Source: Dehalococcoidia bacterium | GTDB lineage: Bacteria; Chloroflexota; Dehalococcoidia; Lucifugimonadales; G963668185 | Length of the DNA stretch: 64,000 bases | NCBI GenBank assembly: GCA_963668185.1 | Contig: OY764162.1 | Coordinates: 2,452,754 to 2,516,753 of the forward strand | Reading direction: 5' to 3' | In this document: one piece after another, positions 44,408 through 52,984 of the stretch | Position numbering within the stretch: the first letter of the stretch is position 1 | Layout of the letters: the number at the start of each line of letters is the position of its first letter | Translations under genes and position numbers: made by a program | Notes under the pieces: generated by a model | Databases searched by the model: none | Seen by the model: the letters and a program-made list of their open reading frames with translations, nothing else | Told to the model about the DNA's origin: nothing

Positions 44408-46692
44408 CGGGAGGGCGCGCGCTGCCGCACTGCGGCCACGCCGATGCCGGCGAGGAGGAGCGCGGCGCCGGCGGAGGCTAGCGCGAGGAGGAGGGTGGGC
44501 GTTGGCGACGCGTCTCCTACGGTTATGGTGGAGAGGTCCAGAGGCGGGACTTCGGGGAGCTGGGGCTCGGGGGGTGGGGCGTCCGCTTCCTCGTCGATGA
44601 TGGCGGGGAGCTTGAGCGTGACCTCGGCGCAGTTGGGGTTGGGATTGTTGCCCAGGGCGTCGAGCTCGCCGTCGCAGACTATGATTGTGACGACGGTGGA
44701 TCTGCCGACGGCCCTGGTCGGGCGGCCGGTGATATAGCCGGTCTTCGGGTCGAGGCGCAGGCTGCGCGGCAGGAAGGAGCCTTCCTCCAGCGCGTATGAG
44801 GCGATGTCCGTGTCGTCGGTGATCGGGACGATGGTGCGGATGCGCTGGCCGACGGTGAGCGACGTCGGCGGCTTGTACCTGACCGACGGCTTGGTCGTGT
44901 CGAGCGGCACGGTCACCGCGTTGAGGCTCTCGGGGACGCTTGCGCCCGTGAACGCCAGGCTCACGGCTTCGTTGTGACCGGGCACGTCGGTGACCGTGCC
45001 GCCCGTGATTGCGCCATCAGGCACGGTCACCGCGCCGTTGTCGCCGCGCTTCACGTCGTAGGTGAACCTGATCCCGGAATGGAAGCCGGTCGGCGACGTG
45101 GAGATTCCGTCGTACTCCGCGGGGCGGGCCACGCCGCCGATGGCGATGCTCAGCGACGGCGTGCCGGTGACCTTCACGCGCTTGTCGAAGTTCACGTACA
45201 CGGTTATCGTGCCGCCCGGGCCGAGCGTTTCGGCGGGGAATACGACCACTGTACCGAGCGTCGGCGCGGTCCCCCTGAGGCGCGGGTAGTCGCTCGCCGT
45301 GCCGAAGAACCACGGGTCGTCCGCACTGTTGTTGCCGTCGTAGTCCACGTTCCAGTTGGCGTAGATGCCCGTGTAGTCCGTGGGCGTCTGCAACTCAGAG
45401 GTGGTCTTGCCCTCCGGATCTTCGGCGTCGTCATCGTCGTCAATATCCGAGGTCACCGTGTCCCAGTAGCTATCTTCCACCGTCGGGTTGCCATCATCGT
45501 CGTGCCCGATGAGGCCGCCCCGGTTAAGGTTGGCGCCGGTGAACTGCGGCGTGACTACGGTTCCCCGCGAGTAACTGGCCTCGATGGTTCCGCCGAGCGA
45601 CCTGCCGACGAGTCCGCCGGCGTTCGCTTCGCCCGACGAGTGGCGAAGGGCTTCGACTCGCCCGATGGCGTAGCTGGCCGACACCGTGCCGTTGTTGTTG
45701 TCCCCTACCAGCCCGCCGGCGTAGGCGTTCCAGCCCACGTTGTTGTTCCCTGGGCCGGAACTGGAGTCGGCGAGGACGGCGCCGGTGGCGAAGGACGCTC
45801 CGATGATCCCGCGGTTCTCGCCCACCAGCCCACCCGCGCGAGAGTGGTCTTGGCCCCCGGCGTCGCCTTCCACGTTGCCCAGGGCGTAGCTGCGCAGGAT
45901 GACGCTGCCGCTGTCGGCCTGGCCGACCAGCCCGCCCGCGTAGGCTAGGGCAGTGGCTCCCTGCGGGCCGGAGGTCTCCGCTTCCACTTTGACGGCGGCC
46001 CAACTGTCAGTTATCTTGCCGGCACTGTATCCGGCCAGCCCGCCCGCGTAGGCATAGTCAAAGTTGGAGCCGGTCGTTGTCACTTTGACCTTGACCGAGC
46101 CGCCGTTCACGCCTACGTTCTTCACCTCTACACCGCTGCCGGCGATGTAGCCGAACAGCCCGACGTGCGTATCAACATCCTGATCGGGCAGGTTGACGTA
46201 CAGGTTGGATATGGTGTGGCCGTTGCCGTCGAAGGTCCCCGAGAACCAATTCGATGTGCTGCTTCCGTTGCCGATGGGCGTCCAGCCGTTGTTGGTGGGG
46301 TTGGCGGTGGCGTTCGGCGTCCAGTCGGCCTTGTTGGCAGCCCTCGTAGCCTCAGCGTAGCTGGCGTCGTCGTTGAAGTCGAGGCTCCTGGCCAGTTCGT
46401 AGCCGGTGCAGGTCGGGGTGCCGTCAATGGGGGCGCAGCCCATGCCGGTGACCGCGTCGGGGAAGGCGGCGGTGTAGGAGTCTGCGTTGTTGTCAGCAGT
46501 GCCGTTGCCGTCCAGGTCGTAGCGGACGGCGTCCAACTGCTCCAGCGTCCGTATCTCTATGAGGTTGTCGTTGTCCGTGTCGTAGTCGTTGGCGGACTGG
46601 GCGGACGCCGCGCCGCCGAGCAGGGCGGTCAGGCCTGCGGCGAGGGCGATTGCGAGCGTGGCGAGTATCGGGCGTATGTGGTGTCGGTTCAC
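44329..46692 (-). CDS. large secreted GLUG-motif repeat protein with a C-terminal TM anchor
   Basis: 787 aa with a signal peptide. It has an EF-hand/dockerin-like segment DYDTDNDNLIEIRTLEQLDAVRYDLDGNG, many (Y)AGGLVG GLUG motifs and an Ig-like segment (LDPKTGYITGRPT). The C-terminal hydrophobic anchor is PTLLLALASAGAALLLAGIGVAAV, followed by a basic tail. That tail (44332-44410) is encoded by a REP-B element. Confidence 0.7.
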   Translation of the reverse strand: MNRHHIRPILATLAIALAAGLTALLGGAASAQSANDYDTDNDNLIEIRTLEQLDAVRYDLDGNGTADNNADSYTAAFPDAVTGMGCAPIDGTPTCTGYELARSLDFNDDASYAEATRAANKADWTPNATANPTNNGWTPIGNGSSTSNWFSGTFDGNGHTISNLYVNLPDQDVDTHVGLFGYIAGSGVEVKNVGVNGGSVKVKVTTTGSNFDYAYAGGLAGYSAGKITDSWAAVKVEAETSGPQGATALAYAGGLVGQADSGSVILRSYALGNVEGDAGGQDHSRAGGLVGENRGIIGASFATGAVLADSSSGPGNNNVGWNAYAGGLVGDNNNGTVSASYAIGRVEALRHSSGEANAGGLVGRSLGGTIEASYSRGTVVTPQFTGANLNRGGLIGHDDDGNPTVEDSYWDTVTSDIDDDDDAEDPEGKTTSELQTPTDYTGIYANWNVDYDGNNSADDPWFFGTASDYPRLRGTAPTLGTVVVFPAETLGPGGTITVYVNFDKRVKVTGTPSLSIAIGGVARPAEYDGISTSPTGFHSGIRFTYDVKRGDNGAVTVPDGAITGGTVTDVPGHNEAVSLAFTGASVPESLNAVTVPLDTTKPSVRYKPPTSLTVGQRIRTIVPITDDTDIASYALEEGSFLPRSLRLDPKTGYITGRPTRAVGRSTVVTIIVCDGELDALGNNPNPNCAEVTLKLPAIIDEEADAPPPEPQLPEVPPLDLSTITVGDASPTPTLLLALASAGAALLLAGIGVAAVRQRAPSRRHSRASSRHSREGGNPSAPPARRRT

Positions 46693-46907
46693 TGCGTTGC
46701 CTCCCTGCGGGGCTTGTCATCCATTCGATACGGTCTTCACGCGGGCAATGATAGCGCGCGCACGGCGCTGCCTTACAGTTGTGAACGGCGCCGCGTTACG
46801 ATGGTATCGCATTGTGCCATTATCGGGCGGGAGTTGGAAGGGGGTTTGGGGCGGCCTTCGATGGGGCTCAGGGCGAACGGGGGCGGTTATAATGGAGGCA
46901 TACTCGC

Positions 46908-48122
46908 GTGGGGCCGGTGACTTACATGCAGACGATACTTCCGGACGCTGCGGGCAGGTACGGGGAGTTCGGCGGCAGATTTGTGCCGGAGACGCTGATG
47001 CCGGCCGTGGAGGAGCTTGAGGCGGCGTTCGGCGCGGTGCGGGACGACGCGTCGTTCGAGGCGGAGCTGTCGGCGCTGCTCAAGGACTACGCGGGCAGGC
47101 CGACGCCGCTGTACTTCGCGGAGAATCTTTCCAAAGAGCTTGGCGGCGCGCGCATCTATATTAAACGCGAAGACCTGGCCCACACGGGCGCGCACAAGAT
47201 CAACAACACGGTGGGGCAGGCGCTGCTGGCGCGCAGGATGGGGAAGCGGCGGATCATCGCGGAGACGGGCGCGGGCCAGCACGGCGTGGCGACGGCCACC
47301 GTGTGCGCGCTGCTCAACATGGAGTGCGTCGTGTACATGGGCGCCGAGGACATCGAGAGGCAGGCGCTCAACGTGTTCCGCATGAGGCTGCTGGGCGCGG
47401 AGGTGCGCCCGGTGCACTCAGGGAGCCGCACGCTGAAGGACGCGATCAACGAGGCGATACGGGACTGGGTCACGAACGTGGAGACGACGCACTACCTGAT
47501 TGGCAGCGTGATGGGGCCGCACCCGTACCCGATGATCGTGTCGCACTTCCAGTCGGTGATCGGGCGGGAGGCGCGCGAGCAGCTACACGCGGCGACGGGC
47601 CGGCTGCCGGACTACGCCGTGGCGTGCGTCGGCGGGGGCAGCAACGCGATCGGGCTGTTCTCGGAGTTCGTGCCGCACGAGAGCGTGAGGCTCGTGGGCG
47701 TCGAGGCCGGCGGGCAGGGCGTGGAGTCGGAGCGCCACGCGGCCACGCTCACGAAGGGCGAGGTCGGCGTGCTGCACGGCAGCATGTCGTACGTGCTCCA
47801 GGACGAGCACGGGCAGATCCAGGAGGCGCACAGCATATCGGCGGGGCTGGACTACCCGGGCGTGGGCCCGGAGCACAGCTACCTGAAGGACACCGGGCGC
47901 GCGGCGTACGTGAGCGTGACGGACGACGAGGCGCTGGAGGGCTTCCGGCTGCTGTGCCGCACGGAGGGGATCATCCCGGCGCTGGAGCCGGCGCACGCGG
48001 CGTTCCACCTGACGCGGCTGGCGCCGGGGCTGGACGGGGACCGGATCGTGCTGATGTGCCTGAGCGGCCGCGGCGACAAGGACATCACGACGGTGGCGGA
48101 GGCGCTGGGGGCGGGCCGCTGA
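46908..48122 (+). CDS. trpB: tryptophan synthase beta chain
   Basis: [16 protein letters not shown]...HTGAHKINN (PLP Lys)...[11 protein letters not shown] at 46908 lies 9 nt after GGAGG. ATG at 46926 is an alternative start. No trpA is adjacent. Confidence 0.9.
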   Translation: MGPVTYMQTILPDAAGRYGEFGGRFVPETLMPAVEELEAAFGAVRDDASFEAELSALLKDYAGRPTPLYFAENLSKELGGARIYIKREDLAHTGAHKINNTVGQALLARRMGKRRIIAETGAGQHGVATATVCALLNMECVVYMGAEDIERQALNVFRMRLLGAEVRPVHSGSRTLKDAINEAIRDWVTNVETTHYLIGSVMGPHPYPMIVSHFQSVIGREAREQLHAATGRLPDYAVACVGGGSNAIGLFSEFVPHESVRLVGVEAGGQGVESERHAATLTKGEVGVLHGSMSYVLQDEHGQIQEAHSISAGLDYPGVGPEHSYLKDTGRAAYVSVTDDEALEGFRLLCRTEGIIPALEPAHAAFHLTRLAPGLDGDRIVLMCLSGRGDKDITTVAEALGAGR

Positions 48123-48128
48123 GAGGGG

Positions 48129-48350
48129 TCAGCTTCCTACGAGCCTGTCCACCGCGAGCGCGAACCCAGCAGCGGTAGCCATGCCGCCGATCATGATAGT
48201 CACCATCCAGCGAATCAGGCGGCTCTCCAGGTTGGTCATGTCGGCCCTCAACTGGTACATCTCGGCCCGCAGATCGGCCACGTCCGACTTGGTTGCCAGA
48301 TGCTCGTAGGCTCCTTCGAGTTGGCCTACCCGCTGTTCCGTAGTAACCAT
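48129..48350 (-). CDS. small coiled-coil protein with a C-terminal TM helix
   Basis: 73 aa: a heptad-like N-terminus (LATKSDVADLRAEMYQLRADMTNLESRL) followed by the hydrophobic segment WMVTIMIGGMATAAGFALAV. Confidence 0.45.
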   Translation of the reverse strand: MVTTEQRVGQLEGAYEHLATKSDVADLRAEMYQLRADMTNLESRLIRWMVTIMIGGMATAAGFALAVDRLVGS

Positions 48351-48572
48351 GCAGAGCGTCCTTTATCGTTCAGTGTGCCGCCCTACCACGCGGGGCCATT
48401 ATACGCGATGGCGGGCCGCGCGGACGCCAGCCCGTTCCTCGACCTCTTCCCGAACAATGCGCCTGCCCACTTCACATATGTTGCGCAATGCAACGTCCGG
48501 CCTTAGACTGCGGACACATTTGATTAGTATTGGAAGCATCACATTCATCACCTGAGACAAGGATCACTTAAC

Positions 48573-49892
48573 TTGGGCACCGCAGAAGGCAGCCAGGCAG
48601 GAACCTTCCGCGATCCAGCGTTCTCAGGTAACCGAGATGCACCTGTACACCGATGGGTACCCTGGACCGCCGGGTTCTCTAAGCACTTCATCGAAGACGC
48701 GCTTGAAACCCATGCGAAAGGCGATTGGGGTACAGTCCTCGATCCATTCGCAGGCGTTGGGACTGCGCTCGTGGAGGCCGACCTCGCAGGCCACGATGCC
48801 GTGGGATTCGAAATCAACCCGTACGCGGCGTTTGTTGCTCAGGTAAAGCTAGAGGCGCATCTGCTGCCCATTGCGGCCCTGCGGTCTGCGATTGAAGACC
48901 TCCATAACCAAGCCTTGACCGTGGAACAGAACGGCGCAAGACCTATTTCGGTCCCTCCGCAGCGGTTCCAAACTCGATCACCCTTCTACAGTCCCAAGGT
49001 AGAGCGCAAAGTGCTCCTGATGATGGACTTCATCCATCGGCAACCCGATGCGCGGGTAGCAGCCGCTCTGCGGTTGGCTTTCGGGGCCACAATGGTCGAA
49101 TACTCCAACTATTCTTATGAGCCGAGCCTGGGACGGCGCAGATCGGTCGGCCGTGCCGATGTAGAGGATCATCCCGTGGCAGAGCGTGTTGCTCGCAAGC
49201 TAACGGAAATCACTAACGACGCTGAGTGGTATCGAACTCATCGCGTATGCGAGAGACGCACACCTGGGCGAATTCATCTGGAGTCCTTCTTCGATGGTTA
49301 CAAGCGGCTGAACCAGCATAGCGTTGACTTGATAGTCACTTCACCGCCCTACGCAAACAACTATCACTACAACCGAAACACGAGGCCGCATCTGTATTGG
49401 CTTGGATTCTGCGAGGAGCCGGGTGACCTCAAGTACCTTGAAGGACAGAACTTCGGCACGTACTGGCAAAGGGCTCGGGCATTGGAAGAGGTCACTCTTC
49501 ACCCTTCAATAGACGACCCGAGTATCGCCGCAACGCTGGCTGAAATCCGGCGCCAGAATCCAGAACGTGGTCTATATGGCGGAAGTGGATGGGCCAACTA
49601 CGTAGCGACTTACTTGAACGACTGCATCCGATTCGTGGACGGGATGAAGTGGTGCCTCAGGTCGAACGCAACTGCGTTGGTTGTAATCGGGAACAGTATA
49701 GTCCAAGGCGTTCATGTTCCTACCGATAGGTTCTTTGCAAAGATCGCACAACGCCAGGGCCTTGAAGTGATGGCGATCCATACGCCCCGCCTTGCCCGTG
49801 TAGGCGACAGCATCACAAACTCGAGTGTTCGACGCGGAGAAGCTGGCGGCCAGAGGCTCTACGAGTCTGTTGTCGAGTTGCGTCAACCATGA
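48573..49892 (+). CDS. site-specific DNA methyltransferase (amino-MTase, N6-A or N4-C; motif order I...IV)
   Basis: 439 aa with a TTG start. Motif I is VLDPFAGVGTALVEA near the N-terminus. Motif IV is DLIVTSPPYANNYHY about 200 aa later. Confidence 0.8.
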   Translation: MGTAEGSQAGTFRDPAFSGNRDAPVHRWVPWTAGFSKHFIEDALETHAKGDWGTVLDPFAGVGTALVEADLAGHDAVGFEINPYAAFVAQVKLEAHLLPIAALRSAIEDLHNQALTVEQNGARPISVPPQRFQTRSPFYSPKVERKVLLMMDFIHRQPDARVAAALRLAFGATMVEYSNYSYEPSLGRRRSVGRADVEDHPVAERVARKLTEITNDAEWYRTHRVCERRTPGRIHLESFFDGYKRLNQHSVDLIVTSPPYANNYHYNRNTRPHLYWLGFCEEPGDLKYLEGQNFGTYWQRARALEEVTLHPSIDDPSIAATLAEIRRQNPERGLYGGSGWANYVATYLNDCIRFVDGMKWCLRSNATALVVIGNSIVQGVHVPTDRFFAKIAQRQGLEVMAIHTPRLARVGDSITNSSVRRGEAGGQRLYESVVELRQP

Positions 49893-50461
49893 CAACTTTG
49901 TACGACCCCCTAACATGGGAAAACCTAATGGCAGGTTTGACGGCCCGCTTCGAGCAAGTTCCTCTGGTGAACCTAACGTCGGTTGACGAGGCTCGCGGCC
50001 CAGGCGTATACGCGCTGTTCTACGATGGCCCACACCCCGCGTATAGGCCGATCACCGGCACGCGGAGGCCCATTTACGTGGGTAAGGCCGTGCCGCAAGG
50101 GACACGTAAAGGAACAGGGGAAGCGAGTGACCCGTACGCCTTGCGCAGGCGCCTACGGTTGCACCGAAACTCCATCGAAGTTGCTGAGAATCTTGCTGTA
50201 GACAATTTCCAGTGCCGATACTTGGCGGTCGTTCCAGTATGGATCACCTTGGCTGAACGATTTCTGATTGACCACTATCGGCCCGTTTGGAACACTGAAG
50301 TAGATGGATTCGGCAACAATCCACAAGGCAGGTACCGGTCTGGAGGAGAAAGAAGCTGGTGGGACACATTGCATCCAGGCCGAGGATGGGCCTCGACAAG
50401 AACACCAAAGGGGACAGAGGAAGACGCCTTGTCCATTGCCGAGAGATTCTTTGCGGACTAA
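49889..50461 (+). CDS. GIY-YIG restriction endonuclease, Eco29kI-like
   Basis: 190 aa with GVYALFY...PIYVGKA (GIY/YIG), then R...E (AERFLIDHYRPVWN) and GFGNNPQGRYRSGGERSWWDTLHPGR. Its start overlaps the MTase stop (ATGA at 49889-49892). Confidence 0.7.
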   Translation: MTTLYDPLTWENLMAGLTARFEQVPLVNLTSVDEARGPGVYALFYDGPHPAYRPITGTRRPIYVGKAVPQGTRKGTGEASDPYALRRRLRLHRNSIEVAENLAVDNFQCRYLAVVPVWITLAERFLIDHYRPVWNTEVDGFGNNPQGRYRSGGERSWWDTLHPGRGWASTRTPKGTEEDALSIAERFFAD

Positions 50462-50494
50462 GGGCGGCGGCCTGGCCGCGTTGAAGGAGGGCTG

Positions 50495-51427
50495 ATGAGA
50501 CAACGATCTTACGGAAGGGACAGGGAACTCACGTTCAGGATGTCGTTCACGATCCTGATGCTGGTCTTCGTGTATATCGCGTTCATGGGGCTGCTGTTCT
50601 GGGCGGGCGTGCCGTGGTTCTTCATCCTGATCCTGGCCGTGGGCATGTCGGTCTTCCAGTACTACATGTCCGACAGGCTGGTGCTGATGACGACGGGCGC
50701 GAAGGAGGTCACGCCGGAGCAGGAGCCGAGGCTGCACGCGACGATCGAGCGGCTGGCGGCGATGGCGGACCTGCCGAAGCCGAAGAAGATCGCGATCATG
50801 GACACGCACGTGCCGAACGCGTTCGCGACGGGCCGCAACCCGCAGAACGCGGTGATCGCGGTCACGCGCGGGCTGATGTCGCGCCTGAACGCGAAGGAGG
50901 TGGAGGCGGTGCTGGCCCACGAACTGACGCACGTGAAGAACCGCGACGTGATGGTGCTGACGTGGGCGAGCGTCATCGTGATCATGGCGGGCTTCCTGAT
51001 GCAGATGCTGTTCTGGATGAGCCTGTTCGGCGGGTTCGGCGGCGGCGGCAGGGGCCGTGACAGCGGCGGCGGCAACGCGATGCTGGTCATGCTGGCGGTG
51101 TACGTGGGCACGATAGTCATCTACTTCGCGAGCCAGCTCCTGATCATGGCGCTGTCGCGATACCGCGAGTTCGCGGCGGACCGGGGCGCGGCGGTGATCA
51201 CGGGCGCGCCTATGCAACTGGCGTCGGCGCTTCAGAAGATCAGCAACGACATGTACCGCATACCGGAGAAGGACCTGCGGCAGGTGGAGCACGCGAACGC
51301 GTTCTTCATCGTGAACGCGCTGAAGGGCGGCGAAGTGGCGAATCTGATGTCGAGCCACCCGCCGGTCGAGAAGCGCATCGAGCGGCTGATGCGGATGCAG
51401 CGCGACATGGAACGCGGGGGCTTCTAA
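50495..51427 (+). CDS. htpX: zinc metalloprotease HtpX (M48 family)
   Basis: 310 aa with four TM segments and the motif HELTHVKNRD. The SD sequence GAAGGAGGG lies upstream. Confidence 0.9.
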   Translation: MRQRSYGRDRELTFRMSFTILMLVFVYIAFMGLLFWAGVPWFFILILAVGMSVFQYYMSDRLVLMTTGAKEVTPEQEPRLHATIERLAAMADLPKPKKIAIMDTHVPNAFATGRNPQNAVIAVTRGLMSRLNAKEVEAVLAHELTHVKNRDVMVLTWASVIVIMAGFLMQMLFWMSLFGGFGGGGRGRDSGGGNAMLVMLAVYVGTIVIYFASQLLIMALSRYREFAADRGAAVITGAPMQLASALQKISNDMYRIPEKDLRQVEHANAFFIVNALKGGEVANLMSSHPPVEKRIERLMRMQRDMERGGF

Positions 51428-51430
51428 CCG

Positions 51431-52000
51431 GTGGGCATCCTGAGCGCGCTCTTTGGCCGTTCGAAGCTCAAAAGGCCGAGCCGGGAACAGTTCTTCGTGA
51501 TCGCGACGACGGCGGTGAGCCTGAGCGCGCGAACGGACCTGAACGTGACGAACTTCGCGGGCGTGGTGTTCAATCCGGTGGAGTCGAGCTTCTTCGCGGA
51601 GCTTCAGAACGAGATGGACGCGCTCCTGGACGCGGGCCAAGCGGCGGCGGGCACGAAGTTCGAGGTGAAGGACGATGGCTTCGGCACCCGATGGGTGATC
51701 CTGGACGACCCGGACTTCGAGGACCTGGTCACGACGATCCACATCGTGGGCGAAACGATCACGGAGCACGGCTTCGGCGACCGGCTGATCGCGGCGGTGC
51801 TGCGCTTCGACTTCGAGGGGAAGGCGGCGTACTGGATCTACAACATCAAGCGGGGCAAGTTCTACCCGCTGGTGCTGTCGGGCCGCAGCCAGCGCGACAA
51901 CGCGGCGGAGATGCGCCTGGGCGCGCTGATGGAGCAGGAAAAGGTGCCCGTGGAGCCGAACCTGGAAAACTGGTACGCGCTGTGGGGAATCCCGTTTTAG
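51431..52000 (+). CDS. PspA-associated protein PspAB-like
   Basis: 189 aa with a GTG start 3 nt after the htpX stop. MGILSALFGRSK...YNIKRGKFYPLV...RDNAAEMRLG...VPVEPNLENWYALWGIPF matches my recollection of the PspAB family, which pairs with HtpX in Actinobacteria and Chloroflexi. Confidence 0.6.
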   Translation: MGILSALFGRSKLKRPSREQFFVIATTAVSLSARTDLNVTNFAGVVFNPVESSFFAELQNEMDALLDAGQAAAGTKFEVKDDGFGTRWVILDDPDFEDLVTTIHIVGETITEHGFGDRLIAAVLRFDFEGKAAYWIYNIKRGKFYPLVLSGRSQRDNAAEMRLGALMEQEKVPVEPNLENWYALWGIPF

Positions 52001-52081
52001 GGCGGGGGCGCTCGGGACTCCCCCAGTCTAGCGATTGCAGGAACCCTTAAAGACAGTAACCCCCGCCAGTGCGCCGCGACT

Positions 52082-52294
52082 CTAGTGCGGCTGTAACTCA
52101 ACAAGCTCGTATGAGTTCGGCGGCGGTACGGGGAGCCCGTCTTCCTCCAGCGCCTCTATGTACATTTCGATGGCTTCGGCTATTAACGAGCAAACCTCTT
52201 CCCTAGTCTCGGCTGCTGCAACGCAGCCTGGCAGATCGGGGACGTGGGCTCCATAGCTGGTCGGCCCCTTCTCTATGACAACGGCGTACTTCAT
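52082..52294 (-). CDS. hicB: type II antitoxin HicB
   Basis: I prefer ATG at 52294, giving MKYAVVIEKGPTSYGAHVPDLPGCVAAAETREEV...EDGLPVP. It overlaps the hicA stop as ATGA. Confidence 0.8.
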   Translation of the reverse strand: MKYAVVIEKGPTSYGAHVPDLPGCVAAAETREEVCSLIAEAIEMYIEALEEDGLPVPPPNSYELVELQPH

Positions 52295-52491
52295 TGTTCC
52301 CTCTCCCGCAGTCCCGCCTGCTTCAGGATCTGGTGCCATGTTCCTCTCGGCACATCGACGCCCGGATTACCCGCGATAACTACAATGCCTCGCTTGACGG
52401 GATGCTTGAACACGCGATGACTTCCGCGCCTTCGATCCAGTGTCCATCCATCATCTTCAACCAATCGAATAGCGTCTCTAACCTTAGGCAT
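52291..52491 (-). CDS. hicA: type II toxin HicA (mRNA interferase)
   Basis: 66 aa: LVEDDGWTLDRRRGSHRVFKHP...VVIAGNPGVDVPRGTWHQILKQAGL. Confidence 0.8.
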   Translation of the reverse strand: MPKVRDAIRLVEDDGWTLDRRRGSHRVFKHPVKRGIVVIAGNPGVDVPRGTWHQILKQAGLREREQ

Positions 52492-52695
52492 ACGAAAATT
52501 CAGTTGGCAACATTCGATGAACCAGTGACGTGACGTCTTTCAGCCGCCCTGCCCGCGCGGTGTCTGCTTTTTGAGGCCCCAGTAGATCCAGCCGCTTTGG
52601 CTCGTTCCGCCGCCTGCCGCCTTCGCCGCGGCGGACAGCGACGCGTACTCCCGCCCATTCTTGCGGTCGACGCTTACGACCTCGCCTCGGGACCC

Positions 52696-52941
52696 CTACC
52701 CGCCGGTGGCTTTGGCCTTTGCGCCGGCGGCGGCCAGGTGGTCCTTCATGGCCTGGATGCCGGCGGGGACGCCGCCGGGGACGTAGGCGATGACCCACTT
52801 GGTCGTGGCGACGAGGTTGGTGCCGAAGCCGAAGCCGTCTTTCTTGTCTCCCCATGTGTACCTGTAAGTCATGACTGGGATCATGACAAGCAGGAAAGGA
52901 ACCTTAAGTAAACGTAAGAAAGGCATTACGGACACCTCCAT
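52696..52941 (-). CDS. small hypothetical membrane protein, followed in-frame (after TAG) by a further 51 coding-like codons
   Basis: 81 aa (or 76 from MPFLRLL). It has a hydrophobic N-terminus and high GC3 in the distal part. See the finding on the in-frame TAG. Confidence 0.4.
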   Translation of the reverse strand: MEVSVMPFLRLLKVPFLLVMIPVMTYRYTWGDKKDGFGFGTNLVATTKWVIAYVPGGVPAGIQAMKDHLAAAGAKAKATGG

Positions 52942-52984
52942 GAGGGGTCAATCGCGTACGAAGGGCATTATAGCCCAAAGGCGA

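Noticed and set aside
46908-48122. trpB without an adjacent trpA as an anomaly
   Set aside because: Stand-alone trpB genes are common, and the protein looks like an ordinary TrpB (PLP-Lys context HTGAHKINN). It is not informative without the rest of the genome.
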